Assembly (NCBI GenBank): GCA_030390025.1
Contig: CM059432.1
Span: 113,400,001-113,464,000 of the forward strand
Origin: Squalus acanthias
Lineage: Eukaryota
DNA: 64,000 nt
Reading direction: 5' to 3'
A program made the position numbers and the translations under genes. The notes beneath the pieces were generated by a model. It made no database searches and was not told the DNA's origin. It saw only the letters and a list, made by a program, of their open reading frames with translations. Of this stretch, positions 36,446 to 49,252 are shown piece after piece (positions within the stretch are counted from its first letter, which is position 1; every line of letters starts with the position of its first letter).

Positions 36446-37269
36446 AGTCAGAGAAACAGAGGAAGTGCCGCATTCCCCGCAGAACCCACATGACATTGGG
36501 CCGGATCATGCTGGAACGGCACATCTCGCGGCACATGCCATTAGTTAAACTTTTTCCTGTACCCTGCAGCTCTAAAGATTGTTGCACCGTAACTTTCTGG
36601 AAGAGCGAGCGGATAATTGCGCAGCTAGGGCAACAAGGCATCTGGGACCTGGGTGAACGATGGGACCAACGATATATCTCCTTAGCCAATGAGATTTAAT
36701 GATTGAGAAAGAAACAGAGGAGCGACGGAGAAGGAAATACGGTGAGTTAGAGTCAAATCAGATACAGAGAGAGAAATAAAGAGAGGGAAAGAAAGATTGG
36801 ATTAAGAGAGAGAGAAAGAGACAGAAAGGAAAAGTGAGAATTCTTTTTTTAATTAAAATTAAAAATTCGACTTTTTTAAAATCTTTAACAACAAATTTCT
36901 ACATGCAGGAATGAGATTGAACAGTTTAAATTGTTCCCTTTCTGGGCCAGAGAGGTTAATTGGCATTGCATTAACAATTATCACATCGTTAAAAAAGGTA
37001 CTTACACTGTTACGTTCCAACCTAACTTTCTGCAGCGAGTTTAGTGGCCAATTAAATCCAGCAAGTTCTTAAAAATACGGAGCGGCAAAGGGCAAAGGGT
37101 GAGAGGCAGTTTGCGCAAAGCAAACAGAGGAGCGGCGTAAATCGACCAGTTCTGGAGATTCGCAACTCAATCCAGATCTCTTAATCCCCTGAATTTGTTG
37201 GCCAATTTGTGCATTAATAACGGCGTGCATCATTAACATGCCATTACTTTTCCAGCAAGATTCGGCCCA
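36446..37269. mobile_element. Probable Harbinger-type non-autonomous element, one end visible
   Basis: Ends in CAAGATTCGGCCC followed by ATT, resembling the other Harbinger TIR ends here; left end not resolved. Confidence 0.4.
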
Positions 37270-37634
37270 TTGAATTGATAGTCATATGTGGCAAGTTGGG
37301 CTAACTATTACTCAAATTAAGGAGGGTTCATGATTGAAAAATGTCCATGGCCTACCTGAAAGAATTTGGATCAAGTTTTTTGAGTTTGCTTTCCCAGATA
37401 GAGCCTTGCCAGCAAAGAGCACGTACTGGGGATTGGGAGTGGAGTCCGCACAAGATTTTGTATCCATTAATTTTAATAGGTGCAAAAATCTGTGGTGCCC
37501 GCTGATCTCTGTGTCTGAGAATTCCTAAAAAACCTCCATGACGTCCACGATACCACACTTAGCAATACAATTTCTCCGGGTGTTCTCTAATGGGAGATCA
37601 GCAGAGCCCCCTGAGAGACAGCATAAATAAGAAA

Positions 37635-37870
37635 GAAAAGAAAAAGAAGAAAGACTTGCATTTATATAGCGCCCTTCACGACCACCGGACGTCCCAAAGC
37701 GCTTTACAGCGAATGAAGTACTTTTTGGAGTGTAGTCACTGTTGTAATGTGGGAAACACGGCAGCCAATTTGTTCATGGCAGGCTCCCACAAACAGCAAT
37801 GTGATACTGACCAGATAATCTGTTTTTGTGATGTTGATTGACGGATAAATATTGGCCAGGACACCGGGGA
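37635..37870 (-). mobile_element. 3' half of the same Deu-type SINE as 23730-24090
   Basis: Reverse complement matches 23870-24090. Confidence 0.8.
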
Positions 37871-38667
37871 ATGGCTAAAAATGGTAATTTATGTCTTTTC
37901 TCCAGGGTTTCTGTCAATCTGCTGGTAAGGTTAAAGCTGAGTAGATCAGGAGAACCCTGTGGAAATTCTCCCCCATAGTCATTTTATGCTGCCAAAGTTT
38001 GTGTATTTACATTACTTTGTTTTGATGCTAATCATGTGTGTTTTGCCATGGCTGTTTCTTTTTAGTATCTCAGATACTATCTATGTGTCTATCCACGTAT
38101 AGACATTTCAGAAACAGGGGTACTTAACACTCTAAGAATGTACAGATGATAATTCCTGAAATGGTATCATTCGTATTTGTGCTATCTACGCAGCCCATAG
38201 ATATGAATTTTTAATTTTTAATTCAGTTCTGACCAGGCAAGTTCTATGACAATGGACAACTGCTAGACTTCTTTAAAAGTGTGATTCAAGTATAATCCAT
38301 TCACTTACCATGTTTCATTTCAGTTTTATGTATTTTATTAATATTTTAGTCTTGTTGGTAAGTGACAGAAGCTATGCATTGACTCACAAATCTAATGAGA
38401 AGAGCAAAATAATATGGGTTTCTAAAGTACTGATATAATAGCCAAGAACAGCATATCTCAGTTATCTGGATTTCAGGATAGGACAATATTATGTGAGACT
38501 GTGTAACACTGTCATTGTGTAATGCTATGACAATGTTACACAATGCCACATAGAATTGCCCTATCCTGTTGAATTCAACAGCCTGCAAAGAACTGGTAGA
38601 TCCGAGGGTGATACTGTGATTCGACTGTATGAAATCTAGATAACTGAGATATATTGCTTTTGCCAAT

Positions 38668-41600
38668 TAGAATCATAGAAGCATAGAAATTTATGGCATA
38701 GAAGGAGGTCATTCGGCCCATCGTGTCTGTGCCAGCCGAAAAAGAGCTATCCAGCCTAATCCCACTTTCCAGCTCTTGGTCCGTACCCTTATAGATTATG
38801 GCCCTTCAAGTGCATATCCAAGTACTTTTTAAATGCATTGAGGGTTTCTGTCTCTACCACCCTTTCAGGCAGTGAGTTCCAGACCCCCACCACCCTCTAG
38901 GTGAAAAAAGATCTCCTCAACTCCCCTCAATCCTTCTACCAATTACTTTAAATCTATGCTTCCTGGTTATTGACCTTTCTGCTAAGGGAAATAGTTCCTT
39001 CCTATCCACTCTATCTAGGCCCCTCATAATTTTATACACCTCAATTAAGTCTCCCCTCAGCCTCCTCTTTTCCAAAGAAAACAACCCCAGCCTGTCCAAT
39101 CTTTCCTCATAGCTAAAATTTTCCAGTCCTGGCAACATCCTCGTGAATCTCCGCTGCACCCTCTCTAGTGCAATCACATCCTTCCTGTAATGTGGTGACA
39201 AGACCACAGTAGCATGGTGGTTCTGTTACTGGACTAGTAATCCAGAGGCCTGGACTAATGATCTGGAGCTGTGAATTCAAATCCCACCACGGCAGCTGGG
39301 AATTTAAATTCAGTTAATTAAATAAAATCTGGAATAAAAAGCTAGTATCAGTAATGGTGATAATTGTTGGATTGTTGTAAAAACCCACCTGGTTCACTAA
39401 TGTCCTTTAGGGAAGGAAATCTGCCGTCCTTACCTGGTCTGGCCTATATGTGACTCCAGACCCACAGAAATGTGATTGACTCTTAACTGCCTTCTGAAAA
39501 GGCCTAGCAAACCACTCAGGTGTACATAACCACTACGAAAAACAGTAGTAAGACTGAAACCGGACAGACCACCCGGCATCGACCTCGGCACCGGCTTCAG
39601 ACACGACAACAGCCCAGTCAGCCCTGCAAAGTCCTCCTCACTAACATCTGGGGACTTGTGTCAAAATTGGGAGAGCTGTCTCACAGACTAGTCAAGCAAC
39701 AGCCTGACATAGTCATACTCACAGAATCAAACCTTTCAGCCAATGTCCCAGATTCCTCCATCACCATCCCTGGGAATGTCCTGACCCACCGGCAGGACAG
39801 ACCCACCAGAGGTGGCGGCACAGTGGTATACAGTCGGGAAGGAGTGGCCCTGGGAGGCCTCAACATTGACTCCAGACCCCATGAAGTCTCATGGCTTCAG
39901 GTCAAGCATGGGCAAGGAAACCTCCTGCTGATTACCACCTACTGCCCTCCCTCAGCTGGTGAATCAGTGCTCCTCCATCTTGAACACCACTTGGAAGAAG
40001 CACTGAGAGTACCAAGGGCACAGAATATACTCTGGGTGGGGGACTTCAATGAACATCACCAAGAGTGGCTCAGTAGCACCACTACTGACCAAGCTGGCCG
40101 AGTCCTGAAGGACATAACTGCCAGTCTAGGACTGCGGCAGGTGGTGAGAGAACTAACATGAGGGAAAAACCTACTTGACTTCATCCTCACCAACCTACCT
40201 GTCGCAGATGCATCTGTCCATGACAGCATTGGTAGCAGTGACCACTGCACAGTCCTTGTGGAGAGGAAATCCCATCTTCATACTGAGGACACCCTCCATC
40301 GTGTTGTGTGGCACTACCACCGTGCTAAATGGGATAGATTCAGAACAGATCTTGCAGCTCAAAACTGGGCATCCATGAGGAGCTGTGGGGCAGCAGCAGA
40401 ATTGTATTCCACCACAATCTGTAACCTCATGGCCCGGAATATCCCTCACTCTACCATTACCACCAAGCCAGAGGACCAACCCTAGTTCAATAAGGAGTGT
40501 AGAAGAGCATGCCAGGAGCAGCACCAGGCGTACCTAAAAATGAGGTGCCAACCTGGGGAAGCTGCAACACAGGACTACATGCATGCTAAACAGCGGAAGC
40601 AGCATGCTATAGACAGGGCTAGGCGGTCCCACAATAAACAGATCAGATCAAAGCTCTGCAGTTATGCCACATCCAGTCGTGAATGGTGGTGGACAATTAA
40701 ACAACTAACGTGAGGAGGAGGCTCCATGAATATTCCCATCCTCAATGATGACGGAGCCCAGTATGCGAGTGCAAAAAAAGACAAGGCTGAAGCGTTTGCA
40801 ACCATCTTCAGCCAGAAGTGCTGAGTGGATGATCATATCAGCCTCCTCCTGAGGTCCCCATCATCACAGAAGCCAGTCTTCAGCCAATTCGATTCACTCC
40901 ACGTGATATCAAGAAACAGCTGAGCGCACTGGATACAGCAAAGGCTGTGGGCCCCGACAACATCCCGGCTGTTATGCTGAAGACTTGTGCTCTAGAACTA
41001 GCCCTGCCTCTAGCCAAGCTGTTCCAGTACAGCTACAACACTGGCATCTACCCGACAATTTGGAAAACTGCCCAGGTATGACCTGTCCACAAAAAGCAGT
41101 ACAAATCCAATCCGGCCAATTACTGCCCCATCAGTTTACTCTCAATCATCAGCAAAGTGATGGAAGGTGTCATCAACAGTGCTATCAAACGGCACTTACT
41201 CACCAATAACCTGCTCACCGATGCTCAGTTTGGGTTCCACCAGGACCGACTCGGTTCCAGACCTCATTACAGCCTTGGTCCAAACATGGACAAAGGAGCT
41301 GAATTCCAGAGGCGAGATAGAGTGACTTTGACATCAAGGCTGCATTTGACCGAGTGTGGCATCAAGGAGCCCAAGTAAAATTGAAGTCAATGAGAATCGG
41401 GGGGAAACTCTTCACTGGCTGGAGTCATACCTAGCACAAAGGAAGATGATTGTAGTTGTTGGAGGTAAATCATCTCAGCTCGAGGACATCACTGTAGGAG
41501 TTCCTCAGGGCAGTGTCCTAGGCCCAACCATCTTCAGCTGCTTCATCAATGACCTTCTCTCCATCATAAGGTCAGAAGTGGGGATGCTCGCTGATGATTG

Positions 41601-43250
41601 CACAGTGTTCAGTTTCATTCACAACTCCTCAGATAATGAAACAGTCCATGCGGGAATGCAGCAGGACCTGGATGACATTCAGGCTTGGGCTGATAAGTGG
41701 CAGGTAATATTCGCGCCACACAAGTACCAGGCAATGACTATCTCCAACAAGCGAGAGTCTAACCACCGCCCCTTGTCATTCAACAGCATCAACATCGCTG
41801 AATCCCCCACCATCAACATCCTGGGGGGTCACCATTGACCAGAAACTTAACTGAACCAGCCACATAAATACTGAGCAGGTCAGAGGCTAGGTATTCTGCA
41901 GTGAGTGTCTCACCTCCTGACTCCCCAAAGTCTTTCTACTATCTACAAGGCACAAGTCAGGAGTGTGATGGAATACTCTCCACTTGCCTGGATGAGTGCA
42001 GCTCCAACCACACTCACGAAGCTCGACACCATCCAGGACAAAGCAGCCCGCTTGATTGGCACCCCAACCATCACCTTCAACATTCACTCCCTTCACCATC
42101 AGTGCACCGTGGCTGCAGTGTGTACCATCTACAAGATGCACTGCAGCAACTCGCCAAGGTTTCTTCAGCAGCACCTCCCAAACCCGCGACCTCTTCCACC
42201 TAGAAGGACAAAGGCAGCAGGTGCATGGGAACACCACCCCCTTCTAGTTCCCCTCCAAGTTACACATCATCCTGACTTGGAAATATATCGCCGTTCCTTC
42301 ATCGTCGCTGGGTCAAAATCCTGGAACTCCCTCCCTAACAGTACTGTGGGAGTACCTTCACCATACTGACTGCAGTGGTTCAAGAAGGCAGCTCACCACT
42401 ACCTTCTCAAGGTAAATTAGGGATGGGCAATAAATGCTGGCCTTGCCAGCGATGCCCACATCCCGGAACGAATAAAAATAAAAGACCTGTATGCAGTACC
42501 CTAACTATGGCCTAACTATACAGTTCAAGCAAAATAAAAGAAAGTATCCCCTATGCCTTCTTAACCACTTTATCTATCTATCCTACTACCTTCAGGGATC
42601 TGTGGACATGCACACCAAGGTCCCTCTGTTCATCTACACTTCTCAGAATCCTACCATTTATTGTGTATTTCCTTGACTTGTTAGCCCTCCCCAAATGCAT
42701 TACCTCACACTTTTCTGCCCACCTGACCAGTCTATTGATATCTTCCTGCAGTCTGCAGCTTTCTTCCTCACTATCAACCATATGGCCAATTTTTGTATCA
42801 TCTGCAAACTTCTTAATCATACCCCCTACATTGAAGTCTAAATCATTGATATATACCACAAAAGCAAGGGACCTAGTACTGAGCCCTGTGGAACCCCACT
42901 AGAAACAGCTTTCCAGTCACAAAAGCACCCATCGACCATTACCCTTTGCTTCCAGTCACTGAGCCAATTTTGGATCCAACTTGCCACTTTCCCTTGGATC
43001 CCATGGGCTTTTACTTCTCTGACCAGTCTGGCATGTGGGACCTTGTCAAAAGCCTTGTTAAAATCCATGTAGACTACATCAAATGCGCTACCCTTATCAA
43101 TCCTCCTTGTTACCTCCTCAAAAATTTCATTCAAGTTAGTCAGACACGACCTCCCCTTAACAAATCTCTGCTGGCTGTCCTTGAATAATCTGTGCCTTTC
43201 TAAATGATGATTAATACTGTCCCTCAGAATTTTTTCCAATAATTTCCCCA
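38668..43250 (-). mobile_element. CR1 LINE split by the 39206-42481 insertion
   Basis: 38917-39200 (ERVQRRFTRMLPG) and 42488-43250 ([16 protein letters not shown]) are colinear across TSD AAGACC. Confidence 0.92.
39206..42481 (+). mobile_element. Full-length single-ORF APE-RT LINE (copy B) with tRNA-like 5' head, decayed
   Basis: 6-bp TSD AAGACC (39200-39205 and 42482-42487); A-box-like TAGCATGGTGG and B-box-like GAATTCAAATCC; endonuclease from about 39625 (LTNIWGL, ILTES) through RT to an A-rich tail. Confidence 0.92.
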
Positions 43251-43379
43251 AATTATCTCCATGTATGGTTATACAAATGATTTGGTGGGGCATGGATTGC
43301 ATTGACAAATCCCACAGTTTGCATAGGAGTGCAGTTTTCTGCCTAACTGCCACAATCTGGAATCAGTGAAAATACCAGT

Positions 43380-44960
43380 TTCTTACACCGAGTCTACAGC
43401 ACTGAAACAGGCCATTTGGCCAACTAGGCTATGCCAGCATTTAAGCTCCACACAAGCCTCCACCCACCCCTCCTCATCTCACCCTATCAACATATCCTTC
43501 TATTTCTTTCTCCCTCATCTGTTTATCGAGCTTCTCTTTAAATGCATTTATGCTATTTGCCTCAACTACTCTTTGTGGTGGTGAGTTCCACAATCTTACC
43601 ACTCTTTGGTAAAGAAGTTTCATCTGAATTCCCTATTGGCTTTATTCATGTATCTTATATTTATGAGCTCTAATTTTGGTCTCCCCCACAAGAGGAAACA
43701 TTTCCTCTACATCTACCCTATCAAACCTTTTCATTATCATAAAGGCCTCTATCAGGTCACACCTGCTCTTTTCGAGAAAAAAGAGCCCAGCCTGTTCATC
43801 CTTTCTTGATAAGTATATCCTCTCAGTTCTGGTATCATCCTTGTGAATCATTTTTGCACCTTCGTCAGTGCCTCTATATCCTTTTTTATAATATGGAGAC
43901 CAGAACTGTACACAGTACTCCAAGTGTGGTCCAACCAATGTTCGATACAAGTTTAACATAACTTCTCTGCTTTTCAATTCTATCCCTCTAGAAATGAACC
44001 CCAGTGTTTCATTTGCTTTTTTTAAGGCCTTATTAATCCCCATTGCTACTTTTAGTGATTTGTGAATGTGTACCCATAGATCCCTTTGCTCCTCTAAGAT
44101 ACCCCATTTAGACTCTTATCCAAGCAGTATGTGGCCTCTATTCTTCCTACCAAAATACACCACCTCACACTTATCCATATTGAAATTATTTGCCAATTAC
44201 AGCCTATTCTGCAAGTTTATTAATGTCATCTTTATTTTGTTGCATACTTCCTTTGTGTTAACTACACCCCCTAATTTGGTGACGTCCTCAAATTTTGAAT
44301 TTGTACTTCTAATTCCCGAGTCCAAATCGTTAATGTAAATTGTGAATAGCTGTGGTTCCAGGCCCCCAGCACCAATCTCTATGGAACACAACTTTCCACC
44401 TTTCACCAGTCTGAGTAGCTACCTTTAACTGCTACTCTCTGTTTTGTAGCCAGCTTGCTATCTGTTCTGCTACCTGTCCCCTGACTCCACATGCTCTGAC
44501 CTTAGTCTTGAGTCTACTATGTGGTACCTTATCGAAAGATTTTTGAAAATTCAAATATATTACATCTACTACATTACTCTTGTCTACTCTTTCTGACACT
44601 TCTTCAAAGAATTCAAAAAGGTTGGTCAAGCATGACCTCCCCTTTTGAAATATATGCTGACTTCTCTATTATATTTTTGGTTTCTAGATATTTTTCAATT
44701 ACATCTTTGAGTAAAGATTCCAGTAGCTTTCTTACCACCATGTTAAGCCAACTGGTCTAATAGTTCCTTGGACTTGTTCTATTTCCCTTTTGAAATTTAG
44801 GAATCACAATAGCAGTCCGGCAGTCCTCTGGCACTATTCCCTTTTCTAATGAATTGTTATATATATGTAATAGTGCCTCTGCTGTCACTTCCCTAACTTC
44901 TTTTAATATGCGGGATGCAATCCATCTGGATCAGGGGTTTTATCCTCTCTTAAGTTTGAT
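43380..44960 (-). mobile_element. Older CR1 LINE 3' portion
   Basis: TNLFEFFEEV, FQKSFDKVPH, LEYCVQFWSP with many disruptions. Confidence 0.88.
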
Positions 44961-45150
44961 TAGAAACTCTCTAAGTTTCTGTGCAATTCTGAACAATAAC
45001 AAATCACTTGCTTTCGATTTGATAAATATCTCTTAAACTTGTTCTCTTATGGCATTTATCATATTGTACAGCTGGCCTCTATTCAATGAGAATTTCTGTA
45101 GTGCAATAAACCTGATCTGATATGTAACTTGATTTGATATGTTTAGCCTT

Positions 45151-45340
45151 GGGGAATAATTTTAACTTAACCCACCCAGCGGGAAGGGGACAGGTTCAAG
45201 TCGGACGCCTGTTTTACACTCCGCTCAATTTTACGTTCCATTGACTTCAATGGTATGTAAAAATCGGGGAGGGTGTAAAACAGGCATCCGACCCGAACCC
45301 AATCCATTCCTGCCATACAAGTTAGGGTAAAATTACCCCC
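45151..45340. mobile_element. Hairpin MITE (Harbinger-type ends)
   Basis: GGGG..TAATTTTA / TAAAATTACCCCC ends; internal arms TCGGACGCCTGTTTTACAC / GTGTAAAACAGGCATCCGA; centre CCATTGACTTCAATGG. Confidence 0.8.
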
Positions 45341-46171
45341 TTGGAAAGTGAGAATGTGGCAAGGCTATCAATTGTGCGCTGCATCATTGATTTTGCTGCT
45401 GCTGAAGTATTGACATACACTGGATGCAATGTAAGGTTGTGTGAAGCTAAGCTTACCATGTACATGCAGTAAATATGGAACAAGCTGACAGGCCACTTGT
45501 GGCTCACTCTTGGGCCTTTGACCTGATAAACAGGAAAACCTTTCTTACACCTACCTGATGCAGCAGGAGCACATCCACTTTGCTGGCCATCCGACAGGGG
45601 TAGGATGCTGCATCGTTCCGTCACTTACCCACAGACTCCATTTTGTGCCTCCACATTTTTGAGTTTCCTTTCACTTAACTTTTGCCTCGTACTTCTTTCT
45701 TCTCCATCTCCCTTGTCAAATATTTAAAATTATTTTTGAGTCTTTAGAAAAGCAGATATATTTTCAGCCATATACTTTTAAGTGACCACATCCTTTTAAA
45801 ATGGAGCTGGTTTTCCACATCCCAATTAAACTAACACCTGATACAAGACCAAAGCTGTACTGAGAGTTCATGCCAATTATTCAAACGAGTTGACCCCATA
45901 AAATGCTGTGCAGTCAGCTCAGTGCTGTTTTGGCTAGCTTTGAGCTAGCAGCTAGCCATTCCTGGCTCCAGTTCCTCAAGATCACAAAATCGGCCCTGAT
46001 AGTTCAGATTGTTCTCCTGAGGTAAAAGGACTCCTATTTTTTCCAACATTTTGAAAAAAAGCATAATGACTGTTTTGGGACAGAGTGCGGCAATGTTTTT
46101 GGCAGGGCAAATCTATTTAAAGGTGTCGCTTGAAGTGAGCATTGCAACATGTTTATTTTCTGTTATTATAG

Positions 46172-46324
46172 GCCTGGAAGAATAGTCTTCCAGGACAGAA
46201 GTGGCTTCAGTAAAGCCAGTAGCTCACAGCATCATGCTTCAGTCTCGTAAGCATCAACACAGCTACACGTGTTCCACACCTACCATGGTGAATCCAGATC
46301 GTGAGCTTCGGGAGGTAGCAACAG
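46172..46324 (+). other. Candidate host exon (5' UTR plus possible start, or non-coding)
   Basis: Pyrimidine-rich acceptor TTTATTTTCTGTTATTATAG, donor CAG|GTGAGT, Kozak-like ACCATGG at 46282-46288; lies in non-repeat DNA. Confidence 0.3.
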
Positions 46325-46599
46325 GTGAGTCATAGCACATAACTGAGGAGGAGCAAGTGGTGGTACCAGAGGAGAAGCAACAGTGTCTTGAAATTGAGAT
46401 GCCATGGCACATTCCTGTTGCTATTCAATAGGAAACTTGTGGCCATGGCAGATATGGGCAATCTGCCTCTGATGCCAACTGATCTCCCGGACTTGCCTGC
46501 TTTGATCATCTTCATCGGCTTCCATGAAATTCCGTGATAGGGGCTCCTTGAATGCAATTTGCATATCTTGCAATGGAATGGTTTGGGATAAAAGTCAGT

Positions 46600-46710
46600 G
46601 TACATAGGAACACGAGTAGGCCATTCAGCCACTCGAGCCTGTTCTGCCATTCAGGTAGATCATGGGGAACATAGCTGATTTGTACCTCAACTCCATTTAC
46701 TTGCCTTTGT
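46600..46710 (-). mobile_element. CR1/HE1-type 3' tail fragment
   Basis: CATAGGAACACGAGTAGGCCATTCAGCCACTCGAGCC is the reverse of the CR1 tails elsewhere in the window. Confidence 0.75.
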
Positions 46711-46903
46711 ACTTGAAGAGACCTCTTCCCAAAAGAAAATAACTTTGCTGGTCTTTTACGCCAATATCAAATAGGCAGACAGTGCTTGGCATGAATGGTA
46801 CAGAAAGCCAAAAAAATTAAGGGCTGCATTATTATGCACTTAATTGAATAACATTTCACTGTGTAATGAAGCTGTTTCAGATTCTGTACAGCAATAAGCT
46901 GTT

Positions 46904-47070
46904 GGCCTGGAAATTCCACAAGGTTCCCCTGGTCTCTTTGGCAGGAGACTGGCAAAATACCCAGAGAAATGACATAAATGGTTGTGTTCAGCCATTTCTG
47001 TGAGGGTTCCGCCGATCTCCTGCTGGGGTTACGCCGGGAGTCCAGGAGAACTCCTGCGGAATTTCAGGGC
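46904..47070. mobile_element. Short Harbinger-type MITE
   Basis: GGCCTGGAAATTCC / GGAATTTCAGGGC inverted ends, similar to the TIR at 10346. Confidence 0.6.
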
Positions 47071-47534
47071 TGTTGGGGTAGATATTAGTCTTTACCAGTG
47101 TGAGTAGAGCAGGAAGAGGAAAATCAGACTGATTGAAGACTGGTAACAGAACCTGCCTGATTTTGCTTCCATTTCAATTAATGAGTGTGCAATCGCCCCT
47201 GAGATTTACTACTCTGGGCTCCACCCAGGCAATACTTACCACTCACGTGGGAAAGCAAAAGATCAACCCTGTTATGTTTTTGGGCCTTTTCTACCCTTCT
47301 TATTCTAGATCATTTCAGCTCGTGTATCTTGATCACTCTCATGAGCAAGTCCCAAATCCCCATACCTTTGAGAGTGTCTATCTCGCCTGGAGATCCAGAT
47401 AAGCTTTGGGTAACACATCTGGGATCACGAATCAAAAAACAGTGTCTGATTCTTGTTTTTAGTTACCTGACTTCTCCTATGCTTTCATAGAATCTCTCTC
47501 GTCTTTGGTGAGCGAGTACAGCAGCATCCCATCC

Positions 47535-47780
47535 TTTTGCCTTGCACCATCATCCGTTTTGTCATTTACTCTCTTCTGCCTTCCACCCTATCACAGACCT
47601 TCCCTTTTGTTCTTTCCTCCCGTCCCCCCTTTCCCTGCCTCTGCACTTGCTTAAAACCAGCTACATCTCTAACTTTTCCAGTTCTGATGAAAGGGCATCA
47701 ACCTGAAACATTAACCCTGTTTCTCTCTCCACATATGCTGCCTGACCTGCTGAGTATTTCCAGCATTTTCTGTTTTTATC
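47535..47780 (+). mobile_element. Penelope-type terminal repeat of a second family, with a degenerate hammerhead motif at about 47680-47716
   Basis: GTT-CTGATGA-AAGG..CCT-GAAA-CATT-AAC followed by ATGCTGCCTGACCTGCTGAGTATTTCCAGCAT. Confidence 0.65.
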
Positions 47781-49252
47781 ATACCATCATACCTTGTTTT
47801 AAATTTAAAACCATTAAGTGGATTTATTTAATAAAAGATGATCAAACAAATAAGTAACAATCATATAATATTCCACTGGCTAACACCCCAAGTGGAAAAG
47901 TGAGAAAAGCACCACAGCTCTCAGTACAAAGCCAATTCTTTGTAAATAATTTTCATCTTACTGTGCCGGTCCGTTGGACGGGGAGAAGTTTGAGAGGAAT
48001 GGTAGGGAATCAATAAGTGTTGGATAGACTGTACCGAAGAGCACGCAGAGACAGAGATTTAATTGTACCTGAATCACACTTGTGTGATATCCCCTACCCC
48101 ATACAGGGCAAAGGGTACATAGCAAAAGTGCAGTAGTAGTAGGACTAGCACCCCAGATAGCAGCAGCTGGTTTCTTCATGAACGACCTTCAATGCAGGCT
48201 TTGTAACCAGGGCAACAGTAGGTCACATTATGGTCAAGTGTCACTCCAAGATAAATTGTTCCCTTCACAAGCTGAATCTGAGTGTCACAGAACACTATAC
48301 AAAGCTGGTTTCCCCTCTGATAATCAAGGTGGAAAGCATACTCATCAAGCTCTTTGGCTTAGGTTTTAAATGCCATTTTAAAAAAAAAGAGTGTTCAATA
48401 ACTTGCAGATTTCCTGCATTTATTCAGCTCTTCAGTTGTGCTAGCCTGCTAAGGAAGATAGATATTGGTCTCAATAATCACTGCGGCAGAGTTTCGGAGC
48501 CGAGGGGTGGGGGGAGGAGTTATGGCCCTAAACAGTGAGTTGCCCCGAACGCTCACGGCATGCGTGTTTTTTTTAAACAGATTCCCCACTCGGAAGCCAG
48601 CCTGATTGACAGGCTTGGCTGCCTGTCAGGTGGGGAAGTAGAATCATAGAATCATAGAATGGTTACTGCACTGAAGGAGGCCATTCGGCCTGTCGAACCC
48701 GTGCCGGCTCTCTGCAGGAGCACTTCAGCTAGTCCAATTTCCCCACCCTTTCCCCGTAGCCCTGCAAATTTTTTTCCTTCAGGTACTTATCCAATTCCCT
48801 TTTGAAAGCAACGATTGAATCTGCCTCCACCACTCTTTCAGGCAATGTATTCCAGATCCTAACCACTCGCTGCATAAACATTTTTTTCCTCATGTCGCCT
48901 TTGGTTCTTTTGCCAATCACCTTAAATCTGTGTCCTCTGGTTCTCGAGCCTTCCACCAATGGGAACAGTTTCTCTCTACTCTGTCCAGATCCCTCATGAT
49001 TTTGAACACCTCTATCAAATCTCCTCTCAACCTTCTATGCTCTAAGGAGAACAAGCCCAGCTTCTCCAATCTATCCACTAAATTGAAGTCCTTCATCCCT
49101 GGAATCATTCTCTAAAATCCTTTCTACACCCTCTCTAAGGCCTTCACATCCTTCCTAAAGTGCGGTGCCTAGAATTGGACACAATACTCCAGTTGAGGCC
49201 GAACCAGTGTTTTATAAAGGTTCATCATAACCTCCTTGCTTTTGTACTCTAT

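Noticed and set aside
39206..39300. Functional tRNA gene
   Set aside because: Only A/B-box-like motifs, no convincing cloverleaf, and it is part of a TSD-bounded retroelement
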